The translations under genes were made by a program, and so were the position numbers. This document shows positions 9,870 to 20,192 of a stretch of 38,865 nt of DNA, piece after piece. The stretch spans positions 77,536,743-77,575,607 of the forward strand of contig NC_057719.1 of NCBI RefSeq assembly GCF_004010195.1, written 5' to 3'. Each line of letters begins with the position of its first letter. Position 1 is the first letter of the stretch. The notes under the pieces were generated by a model. The model was not told where the DNA came from, did no database searches, and worked only from the letters and a program-made list of their open reading frames with translations. Source of the DNA: Chiloscyllium plagiosum (lineage: Eukaryota).

Positions 9870-12812
9870 GCTACACAAAGGCCCCAATCAATATAGTTGA
9901 TTAGTCCGCGTCTATATGGTTCAAAAAGGACTGCCACATCCTATAAAAATGTTCCATTTTCTGGTGCACCAGAATTGTATGGAAGTCTGGGAAATGTGCT
10001 CCATAACTAGCCTATGCCACCCCTAGAGTCCTGGAGGATTCTCTGACACCCCTTATCAGGATGTTCTTCCTCACACAAATGAAAGAATACTGAACAATTT
10101 TTTACCATGCTCGTCCAAAGAGGGGAGATTCGACAAACCTAAGAGGAGGGACACTGGATCTACCTTGACCTCGGTTCCCGAGACCCCTTCCAAAGCACTC
10201 GCTATAACGCCCCAAAACCTGCAAAGCTTGTGGCATGACCACAAGCAATGAGTAAGAGTAGCAACATCTATTTCACATTTGGGGCACACTGGAGACGCTC
10301 CTGTCTTAAATTTTGCAAGCCGCTCCAGTGTCAAATAAACCCTGTGGAGTACCTTCAACTGCATAGCCTATGTCCTATTGAAAATTGAAATCTTCCTTAC
10401 GTTCTCCCAAATATCTTCCCACTCCTTTGGTGAGATCTCCACCCCCAAATCCTGAGCCCAGATTCCACACAACCTCTCGATGTCCCACAAGACACTACCC
10501 CTTCATAAATGATAGAGGATACTGACCAAGAGAGTGCCCGTAGACAGAAGCACTCTCCTCTCCATTTCTGACTTATAGGGACTAACTATTAATGTAGTCT
10601 TTTTCTGTATAAAGTCCCTTATCTGAAAGTAATGAATGAGGTCCCTCCTAGATACCTCATATTTCTGGCTCAGCTGCTCGAAAGACATCATGACCTCCCC
10701 AACAAATAAGTCTCCCAAACGTCATCCATGTAAAGGGTGATCTTGTGCCTTCCTGATCCTCTCTCCAGGGCTATTATATTGGGGTCCCTCTAGATGGTCT
10801 CTGCCAATGGCTCAATCACCAATGTAAATATCAATGGTTAGAGGGGCACCCTTGTCAGCTGCCTCTGCCAATGCTAAAGGTGTCAGACCTTATACCATTA
10901 GTGAGAACCATTGCTTTAGGGTCTTTATGTAACAGTGCCACCCACATGGAAAAGATCCCTCCAGGTTCGAACCGTTCCAGGACGTAAAAGAAGTACAGCC
11001 ACTCCATCCGGTCAAACACTCTGTCGGCATCCAGGCAGACTACCAAGCCCGGACTTGAACCTTACTGGCACACCTGCATCATGTTTAATACTCTCCTAAT
11101 TTTATTACAGGATCTGCAGCCCCCAATAAAACTTATCTGGTCCTCCTTTACAATGAAGGGCAAGACCTTCTCCAGCCTCAATGCCAGCATTTTCAACAAA
11201 ATTTTAAAGTCCATGTTTAATAACGATATGGGCCTAAATGAAGTGCAATCCTCTGGGGCTTTCCCTCTCTTGAGAATAAGATAAATATTTGCTTTTCTCA
11301 GAGAGGATGGGAGGCAGTCCTGACTGTACGAGTAATTGTATATATCCAACATTGGCCCTGCCAGCATGCCTATGAACTCACTCCGAAATCCTTCTGGCTG
11401 GGCACCTTACCACTCTGGAGCTGCCTCACCGCCTCCCGTATATCCTTGGATTGTCAGAGAATCATTCAAAAGAGACGCTGCTCTGAAGTTACACCTGGTC
11501 CAACGTCTTAGAAAAGGACTCCACCTTCGCCAATCTGTCCTCAGAGCCCTCCGACCGGTACAGCCCAAAGTAGAACCTCCTGAATGCTACATTAATCTTT
11601 TTGGGATTGCAGATGAGAGTACCAGCACACTCTCTGATGGATGTGATAGATTAGGGGGCACTCTTCTTTCTGGGCAAGTACACCAGATACCTACTGGTTT
11701 ATCACCATACTCAAATAACCTCTGTTTTGCAAAGGAAATCTCCCTCTTTGCTGTCTGGGTGAGCGCAGCATTCAGAGCAGCCCGGAGAGCTGTAATCCAC
11801 TGCAGCTTAGTTATAGACGGTCTGTCAAGATATGCTGTCTCGGCTGCCTTCAGCTGAGTCTCGAGCATACACTGCTGCTCTCCCTTCTGCCGCTATCAAG
11901 TGGCCGAGTAAAAAATAATCAAGCCCCTTGCATAGACCTTGGCAGTCTCCCAGAGCATCGACGGATTACTGGCCGTACCCAAATTAATGTCCCAAAAATA
12001 TTTAAATTCCCACGAAAAGTACTCAATCAACTTGCTATCCTTCAGGAAGAAAGGATCCATGCGCCAGTGCCGCACTCCTGTCCCATCACCACTGGCCTTA
12101 ACTTCCACGTACACTGCCACATGATCAGAAATGGCGATGTTCCCAATTCTGCAGGACAGCACCGAGTTCAAAAAGGCCGATGGGGCAAAAAACATGTGAA
12201 TCCTAGTGTAGAACTTGTGTGGGTTCAACAAAAAAGTGAAGTCCCTACCCTCAGGGTGAAGACATCTCCACAGATCCACCAACCCCAGCTCCCTGTTCAG
12301 GTCCACCAGCTGCCTAGATTGTGGGGATTACCTAAGAGACCCCGAGGCATCCTGTCCACCTCAGGGTCCATAAGTACATTAAAGTCTCCCCCTATAATTG
12401 TATGAGGTGCCTCAAGGGCCATCAACCTGGAGAGCGCATCCGTTAAGAATTTGAGGGGGTGTGCTGGGGAGCAATATGCATTCAAAATCCCATATTCCTC
12501 TCCATGTATTAAAGCTTGAAGGATCTGAAACCACCCACATTTGTCCTTAATTTGGTCTAACAACTGAAATGGTCGATTCTTCTGAATGAGTGTAGCTACT
12601 CCTCTACTTTTCGAATTAAAGGATGAGGAAAATACCCAGTTTAACACTTCCTACTGTAACTTTAAGTGCTCCTTATCAGTTAGATGTGTTTCTAGCAGCA
12701 AGGTTACATCAACCCTTTCCTTTCTAAGGCCTGAAAGTATCTTTTTTTGCTTAAACGGTGAGTGACTCCCCTTAATGTTCCAGGTGCACCATTTAAATGC
12801 ATGGTTAGCCAT
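9870..12812 (-). pseudogene. L1 ORF2 (APE endonuclease, reverse transcriptase, C-terminal CCHC), multiple stops and frameshifts
   Basis: Endonuclease motifs: TWNIKG, LLLETH, IIGGDFN, LVDLWR, ISDH. RT motifs: RPISLLNMDFKIL, LDADRVFDRMEW, YMDD at 10721-10732. Zinc knuckle: CPKC...HCLWSC. The 3' limit is approximate. Confidence 0.92.
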
Positions 12813-13413
12813 AGTCAGGCGAAGCAGCCTGAGACTCCCCAGGAGGAAGAACCCCATTTTTTAGCACTGAGTGAAAACAGTAAACAGTTCATATAAACTT
12901 GAAAATGCAACTACAAAAACTACCAAATCAAAACTTCTAACAACTACTTCTACAATGAACCAATATATAACACAAATCAAAGGAGACTTTTCCCCTTGCC
13001 CACAGGGGGTGCCCATACTACCCACTAACCCCCCATGCCTGCATGACTCCTTCTAGCTGAAGCCGCACCCCAAACCCAGACAAAACAAAGTATATAAAAG
13101 TCACACACATCTCACAACAAGAACATTAAAAGTGGACATTTACCCCATCCCATTCATACTTTGACCCGAGGCAGTCCTGGTAAATAAAAATGAAACTCCC
13201 ACCCTGTACTAAGAAAAAGAGAAACAAAAAGGAAATGATGGAAAAACAAAGGATAAAGGGAGGGAGAAAGCAGGGAGAGGAAAGAGAAAGAGAGAGAAAT
13301 AAAAGGAAAGGGAAGACCCCCGCATATTAAAAAGACAAAGGTTAACCAGGCAAACTACAGAAAAAACAAAGTGAACACGATTGTTCATATTATTTGAGCC
13401 AGCCAGTCTATTT

Positions 13414-14256
13414 TTAGTTGTCCAGGAAGTCCTTTGCCTTTTCCAATGAGTCAAAATTAAACATGGACCCTCTGTGGCTGAAACGTAATATTGTTGGATA
13501 TGTTTCGGAGTACTGGATATTCAAGTCCCTCAGCCTCTATTTTACCTCATCAAAGGCCTTCCTCTTACAGATCACAGCCACAGAAAAGTCTTGAAAGAAC
13601 ATAATTCTTGCTCCTTTGCATATCAGAGGCCATGGATCCTTCCAGCACCATTAACTTGTCTCTACAATGCTGGAGTTGCACTAGGACTGAGCGGGGGCAC
13701 TGGTCTAATCTGGGCTTGCGCACTACAACCCAGTGGGCCTGCTTGACCCGCACCCACCCACCCCGACTTTCAACTTCAAAAACTGCGGGTGCCATTGCTC
13801 CAAAAAGCTGATCAACCGGCCTCCCACTTCCCACTCCGGCAGCCCGGTCAGGTGGATGTTCTTCCAACGGCCAGGATTTTTGAGGTCATCGACCTGTTCG
13901 ATTAAGGCCCGTAGCTGCCGTTCCAGGACCTGCACCCGGCCCTCCGAAGATTCCACCACAGTTTTGGAAGCCACGGCCCACTGCTCCACCTCCATGATGC
14001 GCCACCCTAGATGCTGGATCTCCTGGTCATGCTTCTGCAGCATGGCCGAGATTGGTTCCTCCCTGGTCTGGGTCGCCTCCATCGCTGAATCGATCTCTCA
14101 GAGTTTCACCAACTCCGAGACCAGGCTCTGCTCCACAGGTAAGTCCCCAGGGACATTCGTAGAGGCTGATGCTGCGGCCACAGGTGTGTCTGGTACTGCA
14201 GGAGAATGCCCTGTTTGTTGCGACCCTCACAGTCCTTTTCCCTTAGTCATTTTCAT
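13414..14256 (-). pseudogene. L1 ORF1 (coiled coil plus RRM/CTD, Transposase_22-like), disrupted
   Basis: Starts MKMTKGKG; heptad-rich segment followed by VDDLKNPGRWKNIHLTGLPE (compare DLENRSRRNNIRIxGLPE); ends FDSLEKAKDFLDN-stop. Confidence 0.85.
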
Positions 14257-14438
14257 TTCTTTAAATAAAGCACTGAAACTACTAAATAGCAGTTCTAGGG
14301 ATCTAAAACTAACAGAAATACCACCTTTCACATGAGAGATTAATTGTGATTTACACCACAATAGGTAAGAAGGGAGGGTGACTGCACCATTTTGTCTGGG
14401 TTTCTGGGCAGAGCCCAGCAGGGCTGACCTACTGGATC

Positions 14439-14451
14439 GCCGCCATCTTGG
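14439..14451 (-). promoter_or_regulatory. YY1-type motif at the L1 5' terminus (candidate internal promoter element)
   Basis: CAAGATGGCGG lies within the first 20 nt of the element, the same motif class and position as the YY1 site of mammalian L1. Function here is inferred. Confidence 0.6.
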
Positions 14452-14528
14452 ATCTCCTCAAGCACTAGCATTCTTCAAGTACCCTGCTTGGTCAAGTACA
14501 TTTCCAGAAAGTGCCAAGGAAGGAAAAG

Positions 14529-14737
14529 ATGGCACCGTGATTCTCCAGTCAGGACCTGAAAGTCCAAATGGAGCAGGATTCTCTTCCAAGAGGACAAGCA
14601 GATTGAGGCCATGCCCCAGGATTCCAGCAGCTTGGTCCAATACTGCCACCCAGATCAGTGCTGTCTACGCAGTCCAAAGGAATGATCAGCAGTGCCCTGA
14701 GAAGGTCAATGACCTTCTCCACTGGGACAGAGTAAGT
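14529..14737 (+). pseudogene. Decayed Myb/SANT-like DNA-binding domain exon (PIF/Harbinger accessory protein type)
   Basis: MAP*FSSQDLKV, then after frameshifts AWSNTATQISAVYAVQRNDQQCPEKVNDLL (14630-14719), which fits AWxxIAxxVSAxxxxxRxxxQCRKKxNDL. A GTAAGT donor follows at 14732-14737. Confidence 0.7.
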
Positions 14738-16034
14738 GTCACACTTTTCTCTCTGCAACCCCTCACTCAGTCCATCTCTGTACTGGACCCAGCTTCCACC
14801 AAAGCCCAATGCTGTGCCACTGTCACTCTTGCCTGCAACTTCTTCCCTCACTCGATGTCACCCAGCCCAATCCCCAACACCAGGAAGCCTGCATGCTAAC
14901 ACTCCATCACCCCTGCTGTTGATCCTCAGGATTGATGGCATGGCAATGGGGAAATTGGTACACACTCCAGGTGCCCCTTCCACACAAAAGATAGGGGTGT
15001 GCTCGCAGGCCCCCAGAAAACACACCAGAGGTGGACCTGCCCTCCACCTCCATCCTACCTGCCCCTTCCCACCTCTCATCCTTGGAAGTTCACACTGTTG
15101 ACACTTTACCCCAGCTTGCGAACCCCAATGCTGAAGAGAAATTTATGGAGTCTCTTTCCTGCAGCATCAGCCCCTTTCTTTGCCATCACCGTCCTTTCCC
15201 CTTAGTCTCTATGGAGAGGTTGATGGACTGACCGGGGCCTTCCCCTTCCAGTGAGCTAAGCATTCAGTCCTGGGTGAGAAGTATCCAGATCCCTGTTTGA
15301 TATCTGTGCATCTACCTGACCATGTTAGTCCTAAACCTCCAAGCAGGCAACTCTCGAGACACAAAACTGACCATGACCACTCCCTGGACTGCAGAGATAT
15401 GGACTCCTAACTGAGAGCATCTTGAGTGGAAGCCTGGCCATGGACAATCCCCTGGACTGGTATGGAGGCTGCTGCCCTTGACTTACTGTGCCAGGACCTC
15501 CTGACAGACAGGGGCCTCCAGTGAGGCCTAATTCCACAAGACTTTGAGATATGGTGCAGGTGTGAGATTGAAATGGCATAGAGCCAATGCGGCAAGATAT
15601 ATACCCCTTTGACTGCGGACTGCTGACAAACAAGGCAAGGTGCCTTGTCATGTGACAGCATGAATTGGCATAGCAAGGCATGGATGCAGGTAGGTGCTAA
15701 TTTAGCGAATGCTAAGAGCCCTAAGATACAGCCTGATCTAATTGTGATCTGGGTCCATGCCGCAGGCTTTCAGCACACAAAAACCCCGTGCTTGATGTTG
15801 CATTTTATAATTTTCCTCAGGTTTAATGGTTAATAAATTTGCTCTTTCTTTGATTTAAGAAATTCTTGTTGATTGGACACCTCACAGCAGAAAAAAGTTA
15901 CCACATAGTTAACTGAAGAGACTAATAGCCTCATTCAAAAATAATTTGAATTTACGTGACCAAATGAGGAATTTGAGAGAGGGGAGTCACTTCAGTCTCT
16001 TTCTACTGGTCAGTACAACTTTGCTGTGTAATGT

Positions 16035-16100
16035 TCTTATGAAGTGCTTTGCACATTTCATTGTGTTAAAGGTGGTATATAAAAACAGGGAGCTGTTGTG
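16035..16100 (+). mobile_element. L2-type / DeuSINE-type 3' tail remnant
   Basis: TGAAGTGCTTTGCACATTTCATTGTGTTAAAGGTGGTATATAAAAACAGG...TGTTGT resembles the recalled GTGAAGCGCxTTG...AAAGGCGCTATATAAATGCAAG tail. Confidence 0.5.
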
Positions 16101-16639
16101 GTGGAAAAGTGTTTCATCAGGGATAATGTGCAGTAATAAAAACATACTAGATGCCTGGTTTCAACAGCCCCTATCCGTACCTGCCAGATGGTGTGTTGGT
16201 TTAAAACTGATGCCAAGGCAGCAGCAATATACCATCACCTATCTGCCCCTATTGAGAATTTACCTACAGTACCAGAGGCATCAGGGACCCCACCAGCCTG
16301 TGGGGTAATTGACAGACCACGCATTACCACTGGTACAATGAAGAAGACATACATAGCAGCCCCTTTTTTTGTGAGCTAGGACATCGGTCACTATTCAGCA
16401 GTGACCTTAACCCTCCTTAACTCCGTCAGGGTCTGCCAGCCAGTCCAACCTGAAATCCTCGCTTACATTTAAGCCAGGTCCATGTCATCTCTTTTTTGAA
16501 CAGTGACTCATCTCATCAGCGGTCTCATTCCTGGTAGCTCTACTGGGTCTGTTGGGGAGTAGAGAGCTGCCAGCCATTTGACTTCCAGATTCCTACCTTG
16601 AAGCAGGTTAACAGTAAAATTACTTCAATGTGACCCGGG

Positions 16640-16818
16640 CACACACACACACACGCGCGCACACAGACACACACACACACACACACACAGACACACATGC
16701 ACACACACAGAGATACACACACACGCACACACACAGACACACAGACCCACACATAAGCACACATGCACGCACACACACAGGCACGCACGCGCACACACAG
16801 ATACACACATACACACAC
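16640..16818. repeat. Imperfect (CA)n microsatellite
   Basis: About 180 bp of CA dinucleotides with CG/GA/TA interruptions. Confidence 0.97.
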
Positions 16819-17373
16819 CTCTGCCACAGCAGCAACATCTCTGTAAAATCCCAGTCACTAAATCTTTGCATATATTTCATTTTTGTTCAATAAAAACCTA
16901 AATTTTATTTTATACAGTTTTCTTTTGTACATCCTACTACAGAATGCCATCGTGTATTGTGGAGAGCAGGGGAGGCGAAGCAGAACCCTTGAGTATATAT
17001 CCACACACTCATTCAGCTACAAGAACATGCTTACTGAATGAGGTCAGTGGAAGAACATTGTCATTTGACAGCTCTCTGTGGGGAAACGAAAACAAATTAA
17101 ACTATCCTTACCTTGTGCTGGGCATTAGGATCTAGCTCCCTGACTCCCAAATCAATTGTTCCCAATCATGCATGAATAATATGGATTGAAATTGCATTGT
17201 GCAATATTGACAAGGGGCATATTAATCTACTAATTTAAAATTCCTTTTCCTTTTTTAACAAACATAATAAGAAACTTGCTAAATGGAAGAAAATTTGATT
17301 TTGCATCCGAACATACAATCAAAAAGCAAGAGTAGGCCATTTGGTCCCTTGAGCCTGGTCCACCTTTAATAAG

Positions 17374-17622
17374 ATCCTGGCCTACTTGATTGAAACCACA
17401 AATTCCCATTTCCACCTATCCCTGATAATAATTCACCCTTTGTTTAACAAGAATCTATTTATCTTAAATCCTGGCCTACTTGATTGAAACCACAAATTCC
17501 CATTTCCACCTATCCCTGATAATAATTCACCCTTTGTTTAACAAGAATCTATTTACCTTAAATCCTGGCCTACTTGATTGAAACCACAAATTCCCATTTC
17601 CACCTATCCCTGATAATAATTC
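17374..17622. repeat. Tandem repeat, 94-bp unit, about 2.65 near-identical copies
   Basis: ATCCTGGCCTACTTGATTGAAACC... starts at 17374, 17468 and 17562; the third copy is cut at 17622. Confidence 0.95.
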
Positions 17623-17789
17623 GTCTAAAGATGTGCAGGTTAGGTGAATTGACCATGCTAAATTGCCCATAGTGTTAGGTAAGGGGTAAATGTAGAGGTA
17701 TGGGTGGGTTGCGCTTCGGCGGGGCGGTGTGGACTTGTTGAGCCGAAGGGCCTGTTTCCACACTGTAAGTAATCTAATCTAATCTAAAA
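17623..17789 (+). mobile_element. 5'-truncated young HE1-type V-SINE
   Basis: AAAGATGTGCAGGTTAGGTGAATTGACCATGCTAAATTGCCC...GGGCCTGTTTCCACACTGTAAG with a (TAATC)n tail and retained CpGs. Confidence 0.9.
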
Positions 17790-19244
17790 GCTTCCAAAGA
17801 TTCTGCTTCGAGCATCTTTTCAGGAAGAGAGTTCCAATGGCTCAAAGACACACATAAATAAATAAAATTGCCTAAACTCTGTTTTAAAGGGTGAACCCTG
17901 ATTTTTAAACAATGATCCTTAGTTCTGAATTCTTCCAGAAGAGAAAGCGTCCTCTTCACAGCTATCCTTTTACAGCACTTCAGGATGTTACATTGAAATT
18001 ACATCTTATTCCAGCAGATGCAAGTCTAGCCTGTTCAAGCTTTCTTCATATAACAGCCCAATTATTCCAGGTATTGGTCTGCTTTGAACTGCTTCAAATG
18101 CATTGACATCCTTTCTTAAATAAGGTGACCAATGGTCCACTCAGTACTCCACATGTGCTTTCTCCAGTGCTCTGTATAACTTCTTTTGTATTCAATTCCC
18201 CTCAAAATAAATGATGATCATTCATTCAAATGATAATATCCATAACATAATTAGATTTCTTAATTATTTGCTATACCTGCACACTTGACTTTTCATGACT
18301 CATGCACTAGTACACTCATTTCTCTGCATATCTGAAAGCTGCATTTGCTTACTATTTACACAGTCTGCCTCTTTTCCATTCTTGCTGTCAAAATAGACAA
18401 TTTCACAATTTGCTACAGCTTTGCCATATTTGCCACATCTTTGCTTACTCAATTGACCTATCTCTATCTTCAAGCAACCTCCTTTGCGTCATCAGAAAAT
18501 TGGGCAATCATTCTTTTTGTCCCTTCATTAAAATCATTTATATGAAATGTAAATGCTGATGTCCAAGCACCAATTCCTGTGACACACCTCCCCTGCCAAC
18601 CTGAAAAAGACAATTTTATGCCAATTCACAGCTTCTTGTTTCTAGCTGATCTTTGAGCTGTGTGCTAACCGATATGCTAACCCCTACACCATAAGCTTTT
18701 ATTTTCTGCAGGAAAAATCATATGAGATACCTTCTGAAATCTAGGGGCAGTATATTCACCAGTTCCCCGTTATTTACTACATGTTATTTCCTTGAGAAAA
18801 TCAACAGACTTGTCAATCATAATTCCCTTTCATGAAATCATGTTGAATTTGCCTGATTACTTTGAATTAACCTCCGTGTCCTGCCTTAATTGTTTTAATT
18901 TCATAAGGCAGCTGTTAAGCTAACTAGCTGACAGTTTCCTGCTTTCTATCTGCCTCCCTTTTTGAATAAAGGAGTCACATATGCTATTATTTGCATTCAT
19001 AGATTTATTGCAATGCTTGTATAGCTTTATCTTTGTGACTGAGCTGGGCTTTGACATTTATGATGACAGTATCTGATATTAAGAGTAACATTCTGCTTTG
19101 GCAAAATTCCAGCACAGGAAGGAGGCGAAGATTTCCTTCCATTTGTTAATCCTGAACCTTACCAATGTTGGCATGTGATCATTTGAATAGATTTGGCATG
19201 ATTCCCCAACAGAATGTTTGTAGGCTATATGTGGAAAAGACAAT

Positions 19245-19545
19245 TACATAGCAGTTGTGTCACTGGACCAGTGTTCCAAAAGCCCAGGCTAATTTTCTGA
19301 GGAGAAAGTGAGGACTGCAGATGCTGGAGAGCAAAGTGGAAGAGTGTGGTGCTGAAAAAGCAAAGCCAGTCAGGCAGCATCCGAGGAGCAGGAGAGAGCT
19401 TATGCTCGAAACGTCGGCTCTCCTGCTCCTCGGTACTGCCTGAGTGGCTGTGCTTTTCCAGCACCACACTCTTTGACTAATGTTCTGAGGACGTGAACTC
19501 AAATTTCGCCAAACAACTGGTAGAATTTAAATTGAATTCATAAAG
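19245..19545 (+). mobile_element. tRNA-derived SINE head (same family as 22730 onward), split by a Penelope-derived insert
   Basis: TGTCACTGGACCAGTGTTCCAAAAGCCCAGGCTAAT...CTGAGGAC..GAACTCAAAT...GGTAGAATTTAAATT is homologous to the heads at 22730-22840 and 21950-22058. Confidence 0.6.
19304..19476. mobile_element. Palindromic Penelope-like-element-derived insert with half hammerhead motif
   Basis: Inverted arms at 19341-19396 and 19418-19472; the centre holds GAGC-TTAT-GCTC-GAAAC (stem II plus GAAA). TSD CTAATTTTCTGAGGA (19289-19303) / CTAATGTTCTGAGGA (19477-19491). Confidence 0.8.
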
Positions 19546-20192
19546 TGGGAGGAGATGAAGATGGAAGATGGGAAGAAGCTTATGGGGAAAATGAAGCCAT
19601 ACAAAGACTGGTTAGGTTGAACTGCCTGATAAAATGCAGATTTTTTTATGATTGATCGCATGGCCATGTCCTTTAAATCTTTGACCTGTTGCCACAGCAA
19701 CCCTGGATACCAGTAACATGTCATCATCACCAGGTCATTATTGAAAGGAAATAGACCAGATAGAACAGTTTTGACTTTTCCAATTAATTTTGGAGATGCC
19801 TGCCCAGATTAATGGCAATATATTTAATGTGCCTTAGAGCAGTGCGGAATCCTCTGTATGAGATCATTTAAGGTTAGCTGACTCAGATTTGTAAATGATA
19901 TACAACGTATCCATTTCTGAAAAGATTCCCATTAGCCCTTAGTCTTGAAAATGTAAAAGGTGAAGTGTATAAACAGGTCCATGATAATGTTTAAGCTCCA
20001 CAAGAGCCTCCTCCCTTCCCACTTTATCTCACCTCATCTCAACAGCATAACATTTTACTAATTCTGTATATCTCTCACTTACCCTCAAATGCATCAGTGC
20101 AGTCAGTTAAATTGCAATCAAATTTATTTCCTCATGATACGAATCTCAAGATGATCAAATAAGTTTTGAACTATAGTTAACTTCTTAAAAGG

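Larger units (their letters stand above)
8899..14458 (-). mobile_element. L1-clade LINE with both termini, decayed, ORF2 internally deleted
   Basis: TSD CAAGCACAGGCATTCTT (8882-8898) / CAAGCACTAGCATTCTT (14459-14475). Minus-strand AATAAA at 8913-8918 with a short A-tail; 5' end GAGGAGATCCAAGATGGCGGCG; recognisable ORF1 and ORF2. Confidence 0.93.
17309..18990 (-). mobile_element. Old CR1-clade LINE fragment interrupted by a tandem duplication and a SINE
   Basis: Starts with the reverse-complemented tail GAACATAC...GAGTAGGCCATTTGGTCCCTTGAGCCTG. Minus-strand HWNSLPEKMLEAESL and RT-region remnants (AACTGTCAGCTAGTTAGCTTAACA, NxRPVSLT-like) run to about 18990. Confidence 0.8.

Noticed and set aside
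9270..9896. 208-aa ORF as a host gene
   Set aside because: It is the CR1 ORF2 C-terminus reading through the tail into antisense L1 sequence.
10721..10732. YMDD as a retroviral-type RT motif
   Set aside because: The surrounding sequence is L1-type, and ATG is explicable by CpG decay of a YADD codon context (TAC GCG).
13733..14335. 200-aa plus-strand ORF as an L1 antisense gene
   Set aside because: It is the shadow frame of GC-rich ORF1, has no recognisable motif and begins at an alternative start codon.
15260..15680. Harbinger DDE nuclease on the minus strand
   Set aside because: No catalytic motifs (such as IDGTH, GDxGY or R..IE) could be found in any frame I read.
16540..16893. Cys/Val-rich and His/Thr-rich ORFs
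   Set aside because: They are translations of the (CA)n microsatellite.
17374..17622. CRISPR-like or functional repeat array
   Set aside because: The units are contiguous with no unique spacers, derive from a CR1 3' region, and sit in a eukaryotic context.
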